From Candidatus Nanoarchaeia archaeon (lineage in GTDB: Archaea; Nanobdellota; Nanobdellia; Woesearchaeales; SKGA01), in contig JAQUYS010000002.1 in NCBI GenBank assembly GCA_028691765.1, positions 1 through 51,645 of the forward strand: a stretch of 51,645 nucleotides of DNA, in the 5' to 3' direction. Made by a program: the position numbers and the translations under genes. Shown here in pieces: positions 17,063 to 26,909 of this stretch. The notes beneath the pieces were generated by a model that was not told the DNA's origin, did no database searches, and worked only from the letters and a program-made list of their open reading frames with translations. The stretch's first letter is position 1, and each line of letters opens with the position of its first letter.

Positions 17063-18022
17063 TTAATTTTTATCCATTTGTTTTAAATAAGATGTTAATT
17101 TTGCTTTTATTTTATTTTTTAATTCGTTTGGGAAGGTTTTTTCGCTTAATTTATTTACTTTAGAATTCCAATCAAGTTGGGGTAAATTAGTTAATTTGCT
17201 CATTAATTTTTTACCTGATAAATTTATTTGTTTTTCAACTTCTTGCATTTTTTTTGTATTGAATTCCCTTATCGCTGGAAGTTTGGTAAAATTATCTGCA
17301 CCTGCTTCTAATATGGATTTATAATACTCCGCTTTATCTAACCATGCTCCTGCAATTATTTCTAATTCAGGAAAAACTTCTCTTGTTTTTTGTATCCATT
17401 GTGAATAATATTCTTTTTCGGGTGAACTTGTAAAGGGTGTTCCTGGATGAGGATTTAAAGCATAAAAAGTTATTCTATCTATTTTATGTTCTTCTATAAA
17501 TTCATGTAACTTTTTGAAATCATCTATTGTTTCACCTAAACCTATGATTATAGTTATTGCTTTTTTTAATCTTAATTCATCACAATGTTCAAATGCTTTT
17601 AAGATTGGTGCCAGATGCTTACTTGGGCAAACTTTTTTTCTTAGTTCCCAATTAACCGTTTCAATAGTTCCAGCATATCCTTCAGAATATGGTAAAAATA
17701 ATTTTAATTCTTCTTTTGTTAAATGACCTATATTTAGCCATTGTTTTTGGCCAGTAATTTCAAATATTCCTTTTACTAGAAAAACTAATTCGTCAATAGT
17801 GTATGAATGATATCCTCCAGATACGAATTCAATTTTCCAATTAAGTTCTTTTGAGATTATTGCTTCGGCGAAGATTGACTCGAAACTTCTTCTGGCTAAA
17901 TGAGGATTATTGTTAGACTCTGTTTTTTGATTTCCGTTTATAGACATGTAGCAAAAAGTACAATCTCCTAAAGCGCAATACCAACTAAAAAATAATGCCC
18001 TTTCAAAATAGGTTTCTTGCAT
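17063..18022 (-). CDS. Radical SAM-like enzyme (BioB/ThiH-like TIM barrel) with an atypical CX4CX2C cluster motif
   Basis: N-terminal FFSWYCALGDCTFCYMS. Also FVSGG, NIGHLT, TIIIGLGETIDDF and RITFYALNPHPGTPF, arranged as in biotin-synthase-like radical SAM proteins. Confidence 0.7.
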   Translation of the reverse strand: MQETYFERALFFSWYCALGDCTFCYMSINGNQKTESNNNPHLARRSFESIFAEAIISKELNWKIEFVSGGYHSYTIDELVFLVKGIFEITGQKQWLNIGHLTKEELKLFLPYSEGYAGTIETVNWELRKKVCPSKHLAPILKAFEHCDELRLKKAITIIIGLGETIDDFKKLHEFIEEHKIDRITFYALNPHPGTPFTSSPEKEYYSQWIQKTREVFPELEIIAGAWLDKAEYYKSILEAGADNFTKLPAIREFNTKKMQEVEKQINLSGKKLMSKLTNLPQLDWNSKVNKLSEKTFPNELKNKIKAKLTSYLKQMDKN

Positions 18023-18073
18023 AATTGGAGAAAAATGTAAATATATTTAAACTATGCTGTATTTGATTTGTTT

Positions 18074-18241
18074 GTGGTTAAAGAAAATAAATTAAAAAAA
18101 GTAGTTTCTCTTATTTTGTTGGTTTTGTTTCTTCTTATGGCAATTTGGACATTAGGTATTGGAAGATGGACTTTATTTGCAATTTCTGCATTGGTAACGT
18201 ATATTTTGATGAAGATTTCAGATAAATTTCTTAAAGTTTAA
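18074..18241 (+). CDS. Possible small membrane protein (GTG start, 55 aa)
   Basis: VVKENKLKKVVSLILLVLFLLMAIWTLGIGRWTLFAISALVTYILMKISDKFLKV has two hydrophobic helices in an otherwise empty 330-nt spacer. It is below the ORF-track cut-off. Confidence 0.25.
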   Translation: MVKENKLKKVVSLILLVLFLLMAIWTLGIGRWTLFAISALVTYILMKISDKFLKV

Positions 18242-18353
18242 GGTTTAGTTTTTATCTCTTAGTTTATAAAAATCTAGAACAGTATATAAACCAACAAGTA
18301 AAAAACCCATAAGTAGATAAGGTTATCTGTATTTAATTCTCTTAGGTGTCACC

Positions 18354-18917
18354 ATGGAACAGAGAAATCCGCTTTTTCCAAAACTTACTGAAAATGATAA
18401 GCTTGTTCTAAATGAAATACTTGATTCAAAAAAAATTCCTGATTCAGATATCGCAAAAACAATGAATCTTTCTCCGCAAGCAATATTTAAAATAAGAACT
18501 AAATTAGAAGATTGTGGTATTATTAAGGGATATATGCCTATTGTTGATTTTAAAAAAATAGGAATTAATGTTATGACTTTACTTATCATTCGTCTAACTC
18601 CTAAAATGTGGGATAATTTTTCGGATGCACAAATTTCTGAAAGAATTTCTAAAACGGCCTGTGTTATTGATGCATACAGGGTTTCTGATGAACAAGCATC
18701 ACACATCTTGATTCTTGGATTTAGAGATACAAATCAAAAAGAAAAATATATTGGAAAAATACAAAGTAAATTTGCTAATGAAATTCAAATTAAAGCAATA
18801 TATACTTTTTCGGTGGATATGATTATATCCCAAAGTCCTTTAGGGCTTTTACGTGAAATTATTGAAAAAAAGAAAGAATTTTCTACAGATGATTTGTTTT
18901 TAGATTCATCTGATTAA
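18354..18917 (+). CDS. Lrp/AsnC-family transcriptional regulator
   Basis: LTENDKLVLNEILDSKKIPDSDIAKTMNLSPQAIFKIRTKLEDCGIIKGY is an Lrp-type wHTH. It is followed by an alpha/beta RAM-like C-terminal half. Confidence 0.75.
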   Translation: MEQRNPLFPKLTENDKLVLNEILDSKKIPDSDIAKTMNLSPQAIFKIRTKLEDCGIIKGYMPIVDFKKIGINVMTLLIIRLTPKMWDNFSDAQISERISKTACVIDAYRVSDEQASHILILGFRDTNQKEKYIGKIQSKFANEIQIKAIYTFSVDMIISQSPLGLLREIIEKKKEFSTDDLFLDSSD

Positions 18918-19148
18918 ATGAACTAGTTACTTTATTCAGTAAATATATGGACTCAAGCTCTGTAAACCTCGTCTAGCAAAAATGTATCAAATTAAAATTA
19001 ACTTATTCTTGATTTATGGTTTAAATTATTAACCGCGATTATATCTACTTTAGCACATTAATTAGTTTGGGAGAAAGTTCAAATGACTAGTTAGTAGATG
19101 TTTAAAAAATATTTATTGATTATACTTATTGGAATTGAGGGGGTAAAA

Positions 19149-19316
19149 ATGTTTTTTGAAGATGAATGCGGAAAAATCTTAACAGATGAGGATATCAACC
19201 ATATGTTTCCTTGGGAAATAGCTGATTTGACATTACATGTGCATGAAAATAGGAATGAGTACAAATTTATCGACGAATGTGAATTATTGAGTGCGATTAA
19301 AAAAATAAATTATTAG
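19149..19316 (+). CDS. Small hypothetical protein (55 aa)
   Basis: The ORF track starts at 19098. ATG 19149 is preceded by the G-rich RBS-like gaggggg. No family recognised. Confidence 0.35.
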   Translation: MFFEDECGKILTDEDINHMFPWEIADLTLHVHENRNEYKFIDECELLSAIKKINY

Positions 19317-19360
19317 TTTCAAAGTAAGAACTAAACTCCACATTATAAAAGAGAATAAAT

Positions 19361-19498
19361 ATGACGAAACAGAAAAAAATTGAAAAACCTTCAAACATAA
19401 TAATATGTAAACATTGTCATAGAAAAGTAACTGAGCCAGAATTAGTGGGAATAACTTTAGTTTGTTCTTACTGTAAAAAACCAGTAAATGGTGGTTGA
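19361..19498 (+). CDS. Small zinc-ribbon protein (45 aa, CxxC...CxxC)
   Basis: MTKQKKIEKPSNIIICKHCHRKVTEPELVGITLVCSYCKKPVNGG. Two CxxC pairs 16 residues apart. Below the ORF-track cut-off. Confidence 0.4.
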   Translation: MTKQKKIEKPSNIIICKHCHRKVTEPELVGITLVCSYCKKPVNGG

Positions 19499-19577
19499 TT
19501 ATTTTTATTTAATTGATCTTGGGGGCAAATTCAGAAAAGCTTTGATTAGATTTATCAATATAAAAAACGAGGAAAAA

Positions 19578-22500
19578 ATGAAAACTAAAAATAAATTATC
19601 GAATTTAATTATGTATTGTATGGTTTTAACCATATTATTAATAAGCACTGTTTTTGTAAGTGCAGTACAATTGCCTGTAGATTTAGGAACTGCAGGAGAT
19701 TATGTTGTTTTAACAAAAACAGGAATAACGACAACAGGATTAACTTCAATTGTGGGAGATATTGCCACAAGTCCAATAGATAGTACGGCCATAACGGGAT
19801 TTGGATTAATCTTGGATTCTTCTGGAGAATTTTCAACATCATCGTTAGTGACTGGGAAAATCTTTGCAGCAAATTATGCTGAACCAACTCCAACGAAACT
19901 CACTACAGCAGTAAGTGATATGGAAACTGCCTATACTGATGCAGCAGGTAGAACATTACCTGATTATACTGAACTTTATGCAGGAGATATTACTGGAAAA
20001 ACTTTAACTCCAGGTCTTTACAAATGGGGAACAGATGTTTTAATATCGGCTAGCGGAGTTACTATTTCGGGTAGTCCGTATGATGTTTGGATTTTTCAAA
20101 TTGCAGGAGATTTAACTGTAGCAAATGATGCAATAATAACCTTGGATGGTGGTGCACAAGCTGCAAATATTTTCTGGCAAGTTGGAGGAGTTACAGGAGC
20201 AATTCTTGGAACTAATTCAGATTTTAAAGGAACAATATTAACCGCAAAAGGTATAGTAATTCAAACGGATGCAGTAATTAATGTGCATGCATTATCTCAA
20301 ACAGCAGCTACGTTAGATGGAAATTCAGTTACTCAATCTGTTTTATTAGTGGATACAACACCTCCAGTAATAACTGTATTAGGAAATCTTTCTGTAAATG
20401 TAACTTTAAATGATGTTTATGTTGATGAAGGTGCAACCGCACTTGATGATTTTGACGGAGATATCACTTCAAGCATTGTAACCATAAATTTAGTTAATAC
20501 ATCCATAGCCGGAACTTATCTAGTAAAATATGATGTTTCTGATACTGCTGGAAATGTTGCTGTTCAAAAAAATAGAACTGTAAATGTTTTAGCAGAAGAC
20601 TCTGTATTAACGAGAATTGAATTATCACCAATATCAGTAAATCTTACAGTTGGAGAAACTCAACAGATGAATGCAACTGCATTTGATCAATACGATTTTG
20701 AAATGGATGTAGAAATTAATTACAATTCATCAAACACGTCTGTTGCAACAATTTCAACAACTGGTTTAGTTACAGCCTTAAATGCAGGAATAATTATAAT
20801 TAATGCATCAAATGGAGATATTAGTAATATTAGTACAATTATGGTTGAAGAACCTGTATTGACTACATTTACCTTATTGCCAGCAAGTGCAGGAATTACT
20901 GTAAATAATACTTTACAAATGAGCGTAACTGCGCTAGATCAGTTTGGTTATGTTATGGATGTAGAAATTAATTATACATCTAGTAATGATTCCGTTGCAA
21001 CAATAAATTCAACTGGTTTTGTAAATGCAATCAAAGAAGGTCTTACAACCATTACAGCGACTAGTGGAGTATTGAATGACACAAGTGCAATAACTGTGGA
21101 AATTGCAACTTTTACAGCAATAGAATTATTGCCAGAAACAGTAAACATGACTATAATGAATTCATTACAATTAGACGCTAAAGCAGTTGATCAATTTGGT
21201 TATGTTATGGATGAAGAAATTAATTATACATCTAGTGATGAACTTATTGCAACAGTAAACTTTACAACTGGTTTAGTGAATGCTATTAGTATCGGTAGTG
21301 CAACCATTACTGCGACTAGTGGAACAATATTTAATACAAGTATAATTAATGTAGTGAATACAACTGCACCCGTAATAACTTCATTTACATTAAACCCTAC
21401 AAGCGTATATGTGGGAGAAACAATTACTGGAACTTGTATTATAGCTGATAATTTAGATATGGGCATCATTACATCTATTACAGGCATTGATACATCGAGT
21501 ACAGGAACAAAAACGGCTACATGTACTGCAACAGGTACAACTAATCTCACTGATTCAGCTACAGCAACGTATGAAGTAAGTAGTTCTTCTGGCGGTAGTA
21601 GTGGAGGTAGTGGTAGTGGTAGCTATAATTATGTACCTTCTTCATCTGAAGAAAAATTATTTATGGATATGCCTGAAGGAACATATTATTTAGTTTTTAC
21701 AAATGAAGGAATTGTAATAAACCAAATTGAATTAAAAACCAACAGGGATGCAAGTAATGTACGAATTGCAATAACGCAATTACTTGGAAAACCAGCAGAG
21801 ATACCTACACCAAACTTAGAGAAAATCTATGTTTATTTAGAAATGGACCACATCAATTTGGATAATTCAGCTATCGACTATGCTAAAATGAAATTTAAAG
21901 TTGATAAACAATGGATGATAGATAATGATGTTGACGCATATCAAATAAATATGTATAGATATACTTCCAATTGGGATTTATTAAATACGAAAGTTGTTGG
22001 ACAAACCTCAACACACTATTATTTTGAATCAGATAGTCCGGGTTTATCTTATTTTGTTATTGGAACTCCTTTTGAACCAATAGTAATTACACCAATAATT
22101 GTTCCCGTAACAGAAATACCTGTTGAAGATGAAGGAATTATTTCGGATACAAAGAACTTAATTACTGGGATGGTTACAAATGTGGGTGAAAAAGGAACTT
22201 TGTTTTGGGGATTGTTACTAGTCTTTTTGTTGATTGGAATAATTGTTGCAGCACTATTAATACCACCAAAGAAAAAGAAAAAGGTTCATTCAGAATATAA
22301 TTATTATTCCGAACATCTTAGTCCTTTTAGTGATGGTAGTGTTCATGAAGTAAATGAACTTCAAGGAATCGGACCAAAATATAATAAAGAATTAGTGGCT
22401 ATGGGAATAGTTAACACAGAACAATTGTGGAATGCAAATTCAAACAAGATTGCTAATAAAACGAGCGTTTCAACAAGTACTGTTGAAAGTTGGCAAAACA

Positions 22501-22736
22501 TGGCAGAATTATCTTGTATAAAAGACATAGGTCCGCAATATTCCGAACTTTTGGAAAGATCTGGTGTTCACAGCATAAAACAATTAAAAAATTATGATGT
22601 GAAAAGTCTCCTTAAACTTGTTACAAAAAAAGAAGACTCTTTAAAAAACAACATACAAGGAAACACACCTGGTTTGGCATTAGTAAGTAATTGGATAGAA
22701 CAGGCGAAGTCACACAAATTTGTTCATAAAAAATAA
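19578..22736 (+). CDS. Large cell-surface protein: signal peptide, ice-binding-like (DUF3494-type) beta-solenoid, Ig-like domains (one DUF5011-like, four Big_2-like), Ser/Gly linker, pre-PGF-like domain, TM helix, cytoplasmic tandem DUF4332-like motifs
   Basis: ATG 19578 (after gagg) gives MKTKNKLSNLIMYCMVLTILLISTVFVSA. LGTAGDYVVLTKTGITTTGLTSIVGDIATSP..TGF and VWIFQIAGDLT...GGAQAANIFWQVGG match the DUF3494 pattern. There are four ~85-aa repeats (ELSP.SVN.T....Q..A.A.DQ(F/Y)....D.EINY.SS...VAT...TGLV.A). Then SSSGGSSGGSGSGS, a TM helix LFWGLLLVFLLIGIIVAALLI followed by KKKKK, and ELQGIGPKYNKELVAMGI / IKDIGPQYSELLERSGV. Many NxS/T sequons. Confidence 0.85.
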   Translation: MKTKNKLSNLIMYCMVLTILLISTVFVSAVQLPVDLGTAGDYVVLTKTGITTTGLTSIVGDIATSPIDSTAITGFGLILDSSGEFSTSSLVTGKIFAANYAEPTPTKLTTAVSDMETAYTDAAGRTLPDYTELYAGDITGKTLTPGLYKWGTDVLISASGVTISGSPYDVWIFQIAGDLTVANDAIITLDGGAQAANIFWQVGGVTGAILGTNSDFKGTILTAKGIVIQTDAVINVHALSQTAATLDGNSVTQSVLLVDTTPPVITVLGNLSVNVTLNDVYVDEGATALDDFDGDITSSIVTINLVNTSIAGTYLVKYDVSDTAGNVAVQKNRTVNVLAEDSVLTRIELSPISVNLTVGETQQMNATAFDQYDFEMDVEINYNSSNTSVATISTTGLVTALNAGIIIINASNGDISNISTIMVEEPVLTTFTLLPASAGITVNNTLQMSVTALDQFGYVMDVEINYTSSNDSVATINSTGFVNAIKEGLTTITATSGVLNDTSAITVEIATFTAIELLPETVNMTIMNSLQLDAKAVDQFGYVMDEEINYTSSDELIATVNFTTGLVNAISIGSATITATSGTIFNTSIINVVNTTAPVITSFTLNPTSVYVGETITGTCIIADNLDMGIITSITGIDTSSTGTKTATCTATGTTNLTDSATATYEVSSSSGGSSGGSGSGSYNYVPSSSEEKLFMDMPEGTYYLVFTNEGIVINQIELKTNRDASNVRIAITQLLGKPAEIPTPNLEKIYVYLEMDHINLDNSAIDYAKMKFKVDKQWMIDNDVDAYQINMYRYTSNWDLLNTKVVGQTSTHYYFESDSPGLSYFVIGTPFEPIVITPIIVPVTEIPVEDEGIISDTKNLITGMVTNVGEKGTLFWGLLLVFLLIGIIVAALLIPPKKKKKVHSEYNYYSEHLSPFSDGSVHEVNELQGIGPKYNKELVAMGIVNTEQLWNANSNKIANKTSVSTSTVESWQNMAELSCIKDIGPQYSELLERSGVHSIKQLKNYDVKSLLKLVTKKEDSLKNNIQGNTPGLALVSNWIEQAKSHKFVHKK

Positions 22737-22847
22737 TTTTTATGAATGTTAGTTGGTGCCAGTCATTCCTTTGAATTGCTGAGCATTTTTTTATTTTTTT
22801 ATAATACACGGTGTAATTATGATGAATAAAACAAGGGGGGAAATAAA

Positions 22848-23168
22848 ATGGTTATTTTAACAGGATTGATTAGTTTTTTATTGAGTTTAATAATTTCAGG
22901 AATAATTATATTCATATCTACAAAATTAATGGGCGAAGATGAAGGTTTTGGTACTGCAATATTTGCTGCATTTATAGGTGCCTTGCTATTTGGTGTTGTT
23001 GCTATTTTTTTAGGAACTGGTTGGATTGCAGGATTAGTTGGATTTATTGTATGGCTTATAGCTATTGGTAGTTTATATCAAATTGGATGGTTAAAATCCT
23101 TTTTAATATCTATGATAATTTGGTTTTTTACTATATTGTTGGGTTTAATTATGTCCATTTTAGGATAA
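22848..23168 (+). CDS. Small integral membrane protein (3-4 TM helices)
   Basis: 106-aa hydrophobic ORF preceded by the strong G-rich RBS-like aagggggg. No family recognised. Confidence 0.55.
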   Translation: MVILTGLISFLLSLIISGIIIFISTKLMGEDEGFGTAIFAAFIGALLFGVVAIFLGTGWIAGLVGFIVWLIAIGSLYQIGWLKSFLISMIIWFFTILLGLIMSILG

Positions 23169-23197
23169 AAAACTATTAAAAATAAAAGGAATGAAAA

Positions 23198-24268
23198 ATG
23201 AAACTTCGCAACCAGTATCAAAAAACAGTTCCTTTTATTTTATTTATATTTGCTTTAATTTTATTATTTAAATTAATTCAACCATTAATAACAATTATTT
23301 TAAGTGCAACTTTATTGGCATATATTACTCATCCATTATCTAATAAGATAAAGGCAAAGATAAAGAATCAAACAACTTCAATAATTTTGGCTTTAACAAT
23401 CATTTCTTTAATTATTTTAATTCCTTTTTCATTTATTATGTATGAAACTGCACAACAAGGAAACAATTTTTATAGTTCAATCTCAACTAAAATTGAAGGT
23501 GGAGAATTGTTTGGTTTCGGATGTACTAGCGCAGAATCAAAAGTATGTGAAATTCTTAATCAAGCAGAAAGATTCAGTAAAGAAAAATTATCTACTTTTG
23601 GAATTGATGATCAAATAGAGAAAATATTGCCTGTCATACAAGAAAAAATTGTACTATTTATTCTAAGTGTGCCTTTGATTGTTGCTGAAATTTTCATTAC
23701 GTTAGTTATTACTTTTTTTATGTTAAAGGATTGGAGAAATATTATTAAAAAAATTAGTGATATAATTCCAATGAGATTAAAAACAAAGAAAAAACTTATG
23801 GCTCAATTTGAAAATATAACTCACACTGTAATTTATGCTCAATTATTTGTTGCGGTGGTTCAAGGAATTGTTGGAATGATTGGATTTTATATATTTGGAA
23901 TTCCATTTCCGATTATTTTAGGAGCGATAATGGCGTTTTGTGCTTTGATTCCAACAATTGGAACGGCTTTAATCTGGTTGCCTGCATCAGGTTATTTGAT
24001 ATTGATGGGTTATTTTTACAAGGATTATGTAATATTAATGAAAGGCATAGGCTTATTACTTTATGGTCTTTTAATTATAAGTACAATAGATAACATTTTA
24101 TTGGCAAAAATAGTGCATCAAAAAACAAAAGTAAATCAAATAGTTGTAATTTTGGGCGTTATTGGAGGAGCGGCTTTATTTGGTGTTCCTGGATTATTTA
24201 TTGGGCCTATAATGTTACCTTTACTTATGACTTATTTTGAAACATTCAAAGAACGATTTACAGATTAA
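23198..24268 (+). CDS. AI-2E family transporter (PerM/UPF0118-like permease)
   Basis: 356-aa polytopic protein. ALIPTIGTALIWLPASGYL and GVIGGAALFGVPGLFIGPIMLPLL are typical of the AI-2E/PerM family. Confidence 0.8.
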   Translation: MKLRNQYQKTVPFILFIFALILLFKLIQPLITIILSATLLAYITHPLSNKIKAKIKNQTTSIILALTIISLIILIPFSFIMYETAQQGNNFYSSISTKIEGGELFGFGCTSAESKVCEILNQAERFSKEKLSTFGIDDQIEKILPVIQEKIVLFILSVPLIVAEIFITLVITFFMLKDWRNIIKKISDIIPMRLKTKKKLMAQFENITHTVIYAQLFVAVVQGIVGMIGFYIFGIPFPIILGAIMAFCALIPTIGTALIWLPASGYLILMGYFYKDYVILMKGIGLLLYGLLIISTIDNILLAKIVHQKTKVNQIVVILGVIGGAALFGVPGLFIGPIMLPLLMTYFETFKERFTD

Positions 24269-24982
24269 ATGGAGATGAAAAATATGAAAACTAAATTAGT
24301 GCAAACCACAATATATTTTATTTTGTTAATTTTATTTACATCATTTGTTACTGCAATTCCAAATCCTGCACAAACTTATTGTCATAATATGGGATATAGG
24401 ACAAATCTTAATAATTCTAATTGTATATTTGATGATGATAATCAATGTCCTTTATGGGAGTTTTATGAAGGAAAATGTGGACAAGAATATGTTCATAAAT
24501 TAGATTGTAAAGAGTTAGGTGAACATAAATCGCCAGGTTTTGAATGTTGTGAAGGTTTAATTCCTGTTAATCCTGATTCTGTTGGTGAAGATGGAACTTG
24601 TAAAAACATAATTGGAATGTGGGCTGTTTGTCTTGCATGTGGTGATGGAGTATGTGATCGAATTGAATCTAATGAATTGTATCAAAACAATTATTGGTCC
24701 GAAAATGAATGTAATTGTCCGACAGATTGCTTTAATCAAACAAACATTTTAACAGAAGAAGAAATTTTATTAAAAATTGATGATTTTTCAAACATTAAAA
24801 GTGTTGAATTGTTAAATCAAAACAATGAATCCACTTATGTTGTTAAAGGAACGGAAAATGCAAAATTCTTAAATTTATTTAATGTAAATTTAGGTTTTGA
24901 GACGGAATTAAATGCAAAAACAGGAAATATGATTTCAAATAAAAACTCTTGGTGGGGAATTTTTTGTAAAAAAATAAATTAG
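24269..24982 (+). CDS. Secreted Cys-rich protein with an N-terminal DUF333-like domain
   Basis: Signal peptide MKTKLVQTTIYFILLILFTSFVTA. NPAQTYCHNMGY...NCIFDDDNQCPLWEFYEGKCG matches the DUF333 pattern. A second Cys-rich block follows. The C-terminal ...TGNMISNKNSWWGIF is PepSY-like. Confidence 0.6.
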   Translation: MEMKNMKTKLVQTTIYFILLILFTSFVTAIPNPAQTYCHNMGYRTNLNNSNCIFDDDNQCPLWEFYEGKCGQEYVHKLDCKELGEHKSPGFECCEGLIPVNPDSVGEDGTCKNIIGMWAVCLACGDGVCDRIESNELYQNNYWSENECNCPTDCFNQTNILTEEEILLKIDDFSNIKSVELLNQNNESTYVVKGTENAKFLNLFNVNLGFETELNAKTGNMISNKNSWWGIFCKKIN

Positions 24983-25019
24983 ATGCTTAGAGGGGTAAGA
25001 GATAATTAAGTAAAACTAA

Positions 25020-26909
25020 TTATCTTAGTCTTTCTGCATCAAGATTTCTTGGAACATCTGTTTCTATTTTAAATTGTTTATGAACGCTGTTTGCAAAATC
25101 CAATAATCTTGATTGTTCTCCGTGATTAAATAAAACTCTTTTTGGTCTTGGAGTACATTTTGCCATAAAATTCATAAGTTCTTTTCTATCTGCATGTCCT
25201 GTGATTTCTATTCTTGAAACATCCATATTTATGGTGAATGTTTCCACATTATTTCCTTTCGCAATTGAAAATTCTCTTGCTCCTTGAAGTATTCTTTTTC
25301 CTAAAGATCCTTCTCCTTGATAACATGAGAAAATTAATGAGTTTCTTGCATCTTCACATAACGCTTTTAGATATTCTACGCTTGGCCCACCAACTAACAT
25401 TCCGCTTGTTGCTAATATGATGCAAGGCGTTCCATCTTCAATTACTTGTTGTCTTTCTTTATTGCTTCCTACTTGTTTTATGTTTTCAGCTAAGAAAGGA
25501 TTATTGTCTTTGTGAAATATTTGTGACCTTACTTGATTTGAAAGATATTCAGGATACGCTGTATAAATTGCAGTAATATCCCAAACCATTCCGTCAATAT
25601 ATATTGGAACGTTAGGTATGGTTCCTTCAGAAATCATTTTTTCTGCGAGAACAATCATTTCTTGTCCTCTACCTGAACCTAATGTTGGAATAAGTACTTT
25701 TCCTCCTCTCTCAATAGTTGTTTTAATTATGTTTCCAATAATTTCTTCTTGTTCTTTTACAGGTGGAGTTATGTTGTCTTTTCCTCCATAAGTTCCTTCT
25801 ATTAATAAGGTTTCTAATCTTGGAAAAATATGTGCTGCACGATTTAATAAACCTGTTTGTGCAAATTTAAAATCTCCTGTATACAACATGTTGTGTAATC
25901 CATTTCCTATGTGTATGTGGACCATTGCGCTTCCTAACATGTGTCCTGCATTGTAGAATGTTATTCTAACGTCGGGAGTTATGTCTGTAACTTCTTCATA
26001 ATTTAATGTGATTGTATGTTTTACAACTTCACGAATTTCTTCGCTTGTGTATAATGGATCTAATCCTTCACCAACCATTATTTTTACAACATCTAATTGG
26101 ATTAAACTCATTATGTCTCTTGTTGGTTCTGTACAATATACTGGTCCTCTATAACCAAATTTGAATAGGTATGGTATGAATCCAATGTGATCTAAATGTG
26201 CATGCGATACTACTATTGCATCTAATTCATCTAGTTTAAATTCTGGTGCTTCTAGCATAGGATAACCATCCATTACTGAAGGCACAATTCCACAATCTAA
26301 AAGTATTCGTGATTCAGGCGTTTGTAATAATATTGCTGAACGACCAACTTGACGTCCGGAACCTAAATAACTAACTCGAACCCATTCTTCTTTTTTTTGT
26401 CTAAGCCAACCGTTATATACTCTTTCACCTGTTTGATTTAGAAATTTTCTTCTGTAATCTGAATTTTCATATAAAACTGAACGTATGTTTTCAATTATTT
26501 GTGAACGAATCGGAGGAAGTCTTTTAACTTGGGGCATCCAAAATGTTTGATGTCTTAATTTTGTTAGATTTTCTCCTTGTTTTCCAATTATTACTCCTGG
26601 TTTTTCTGCTTCTATTATTGCTATGGATCTTTGTGGATCAAAAATTATATTTCCCACATTTGCTTCGGGGTCTATTAATTCACGTAATTTTTTTTCAGCT
26701 TGTTCCATACCCATACATATTGCAGGATCGGGTCTTAATTCAATTCTTTTTTTTATTGCATGAACTGCTTTTTTTATAAGTCCTTCATCATTTTTGAAAA
26801 AGTCTTTGTCTTTTGTATATAGAACTATGTTAGCCGCTTCAAATACTGCGTCGCTAATCTTTTCTTTTGGAACTATTTTGAATATTTCTTTTATGATTTC
26901 AGCTACCAT
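25020..26909 (-). CDS. aCPSF1/FttA-type beta-CASP ribonuclease (KH domains, metallo-beta-lactamase, beta-CASP)
   Basis: 629 aa with an N-terminal KH-like region (VIIGKQGENL), the MBL motif VVSHAHLDHIG, and a beta-CASP/C-terminal GHADRKEL. Confidence 0.92.
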   Translation of the reverse strand: MVAEIIKEIFKIVPKEKISDAVFEAANIVLYTKDKDFFKNDEGLIKKAVHAIKKRIELRPDPAICMGMEQAEKKLRELIDPEANVGNIIFDPQRSIAIIEAEKPGVIIGKQGENLTKLRHQTFWMPQVKRLPPIRSQIIENIRSVLYENSDYRRKFLNQTGERVYNGWLRQKKEEWVRVSYLGSGRQVGRSAILLQTPESRILLDCGIVPSVMDGYPMLEAPEFKLDELDAIVVSHAHLDHIGFIPYLFKFGYRGPVYCTEPTRDIMSLIQLDVVKIMVGEGLDPLYTSEEIREVVKHTITLNYEEVTDITPDVRITFYNAGHMLGSAMVHIHIGNGLHNMLYTGDFKFAQTGLLNRAAHIFPRLETLLIEGTYGGKDNITPPVKEQEEIIGNIIKTTIERGGKVLIPTLGSGRGQEMIVLAEKMISEGTIPNVPIYIDGMVWDITAIYTAYPEYLSNQVRSQIFHKDNNPFLAENIKQVGSNKERQQVIEDGTPCIILATSGMLVGGPSVEYLKALCEDARNSLIFSCYQGEGSLGKRILQGAREFSIAKGNNVETFTINMDVSRIEITGHADRKELMNFMAKCTPRPKRVLFNHGEQSRLLDFANSVHKQFKIETDVPRNLDAERLR

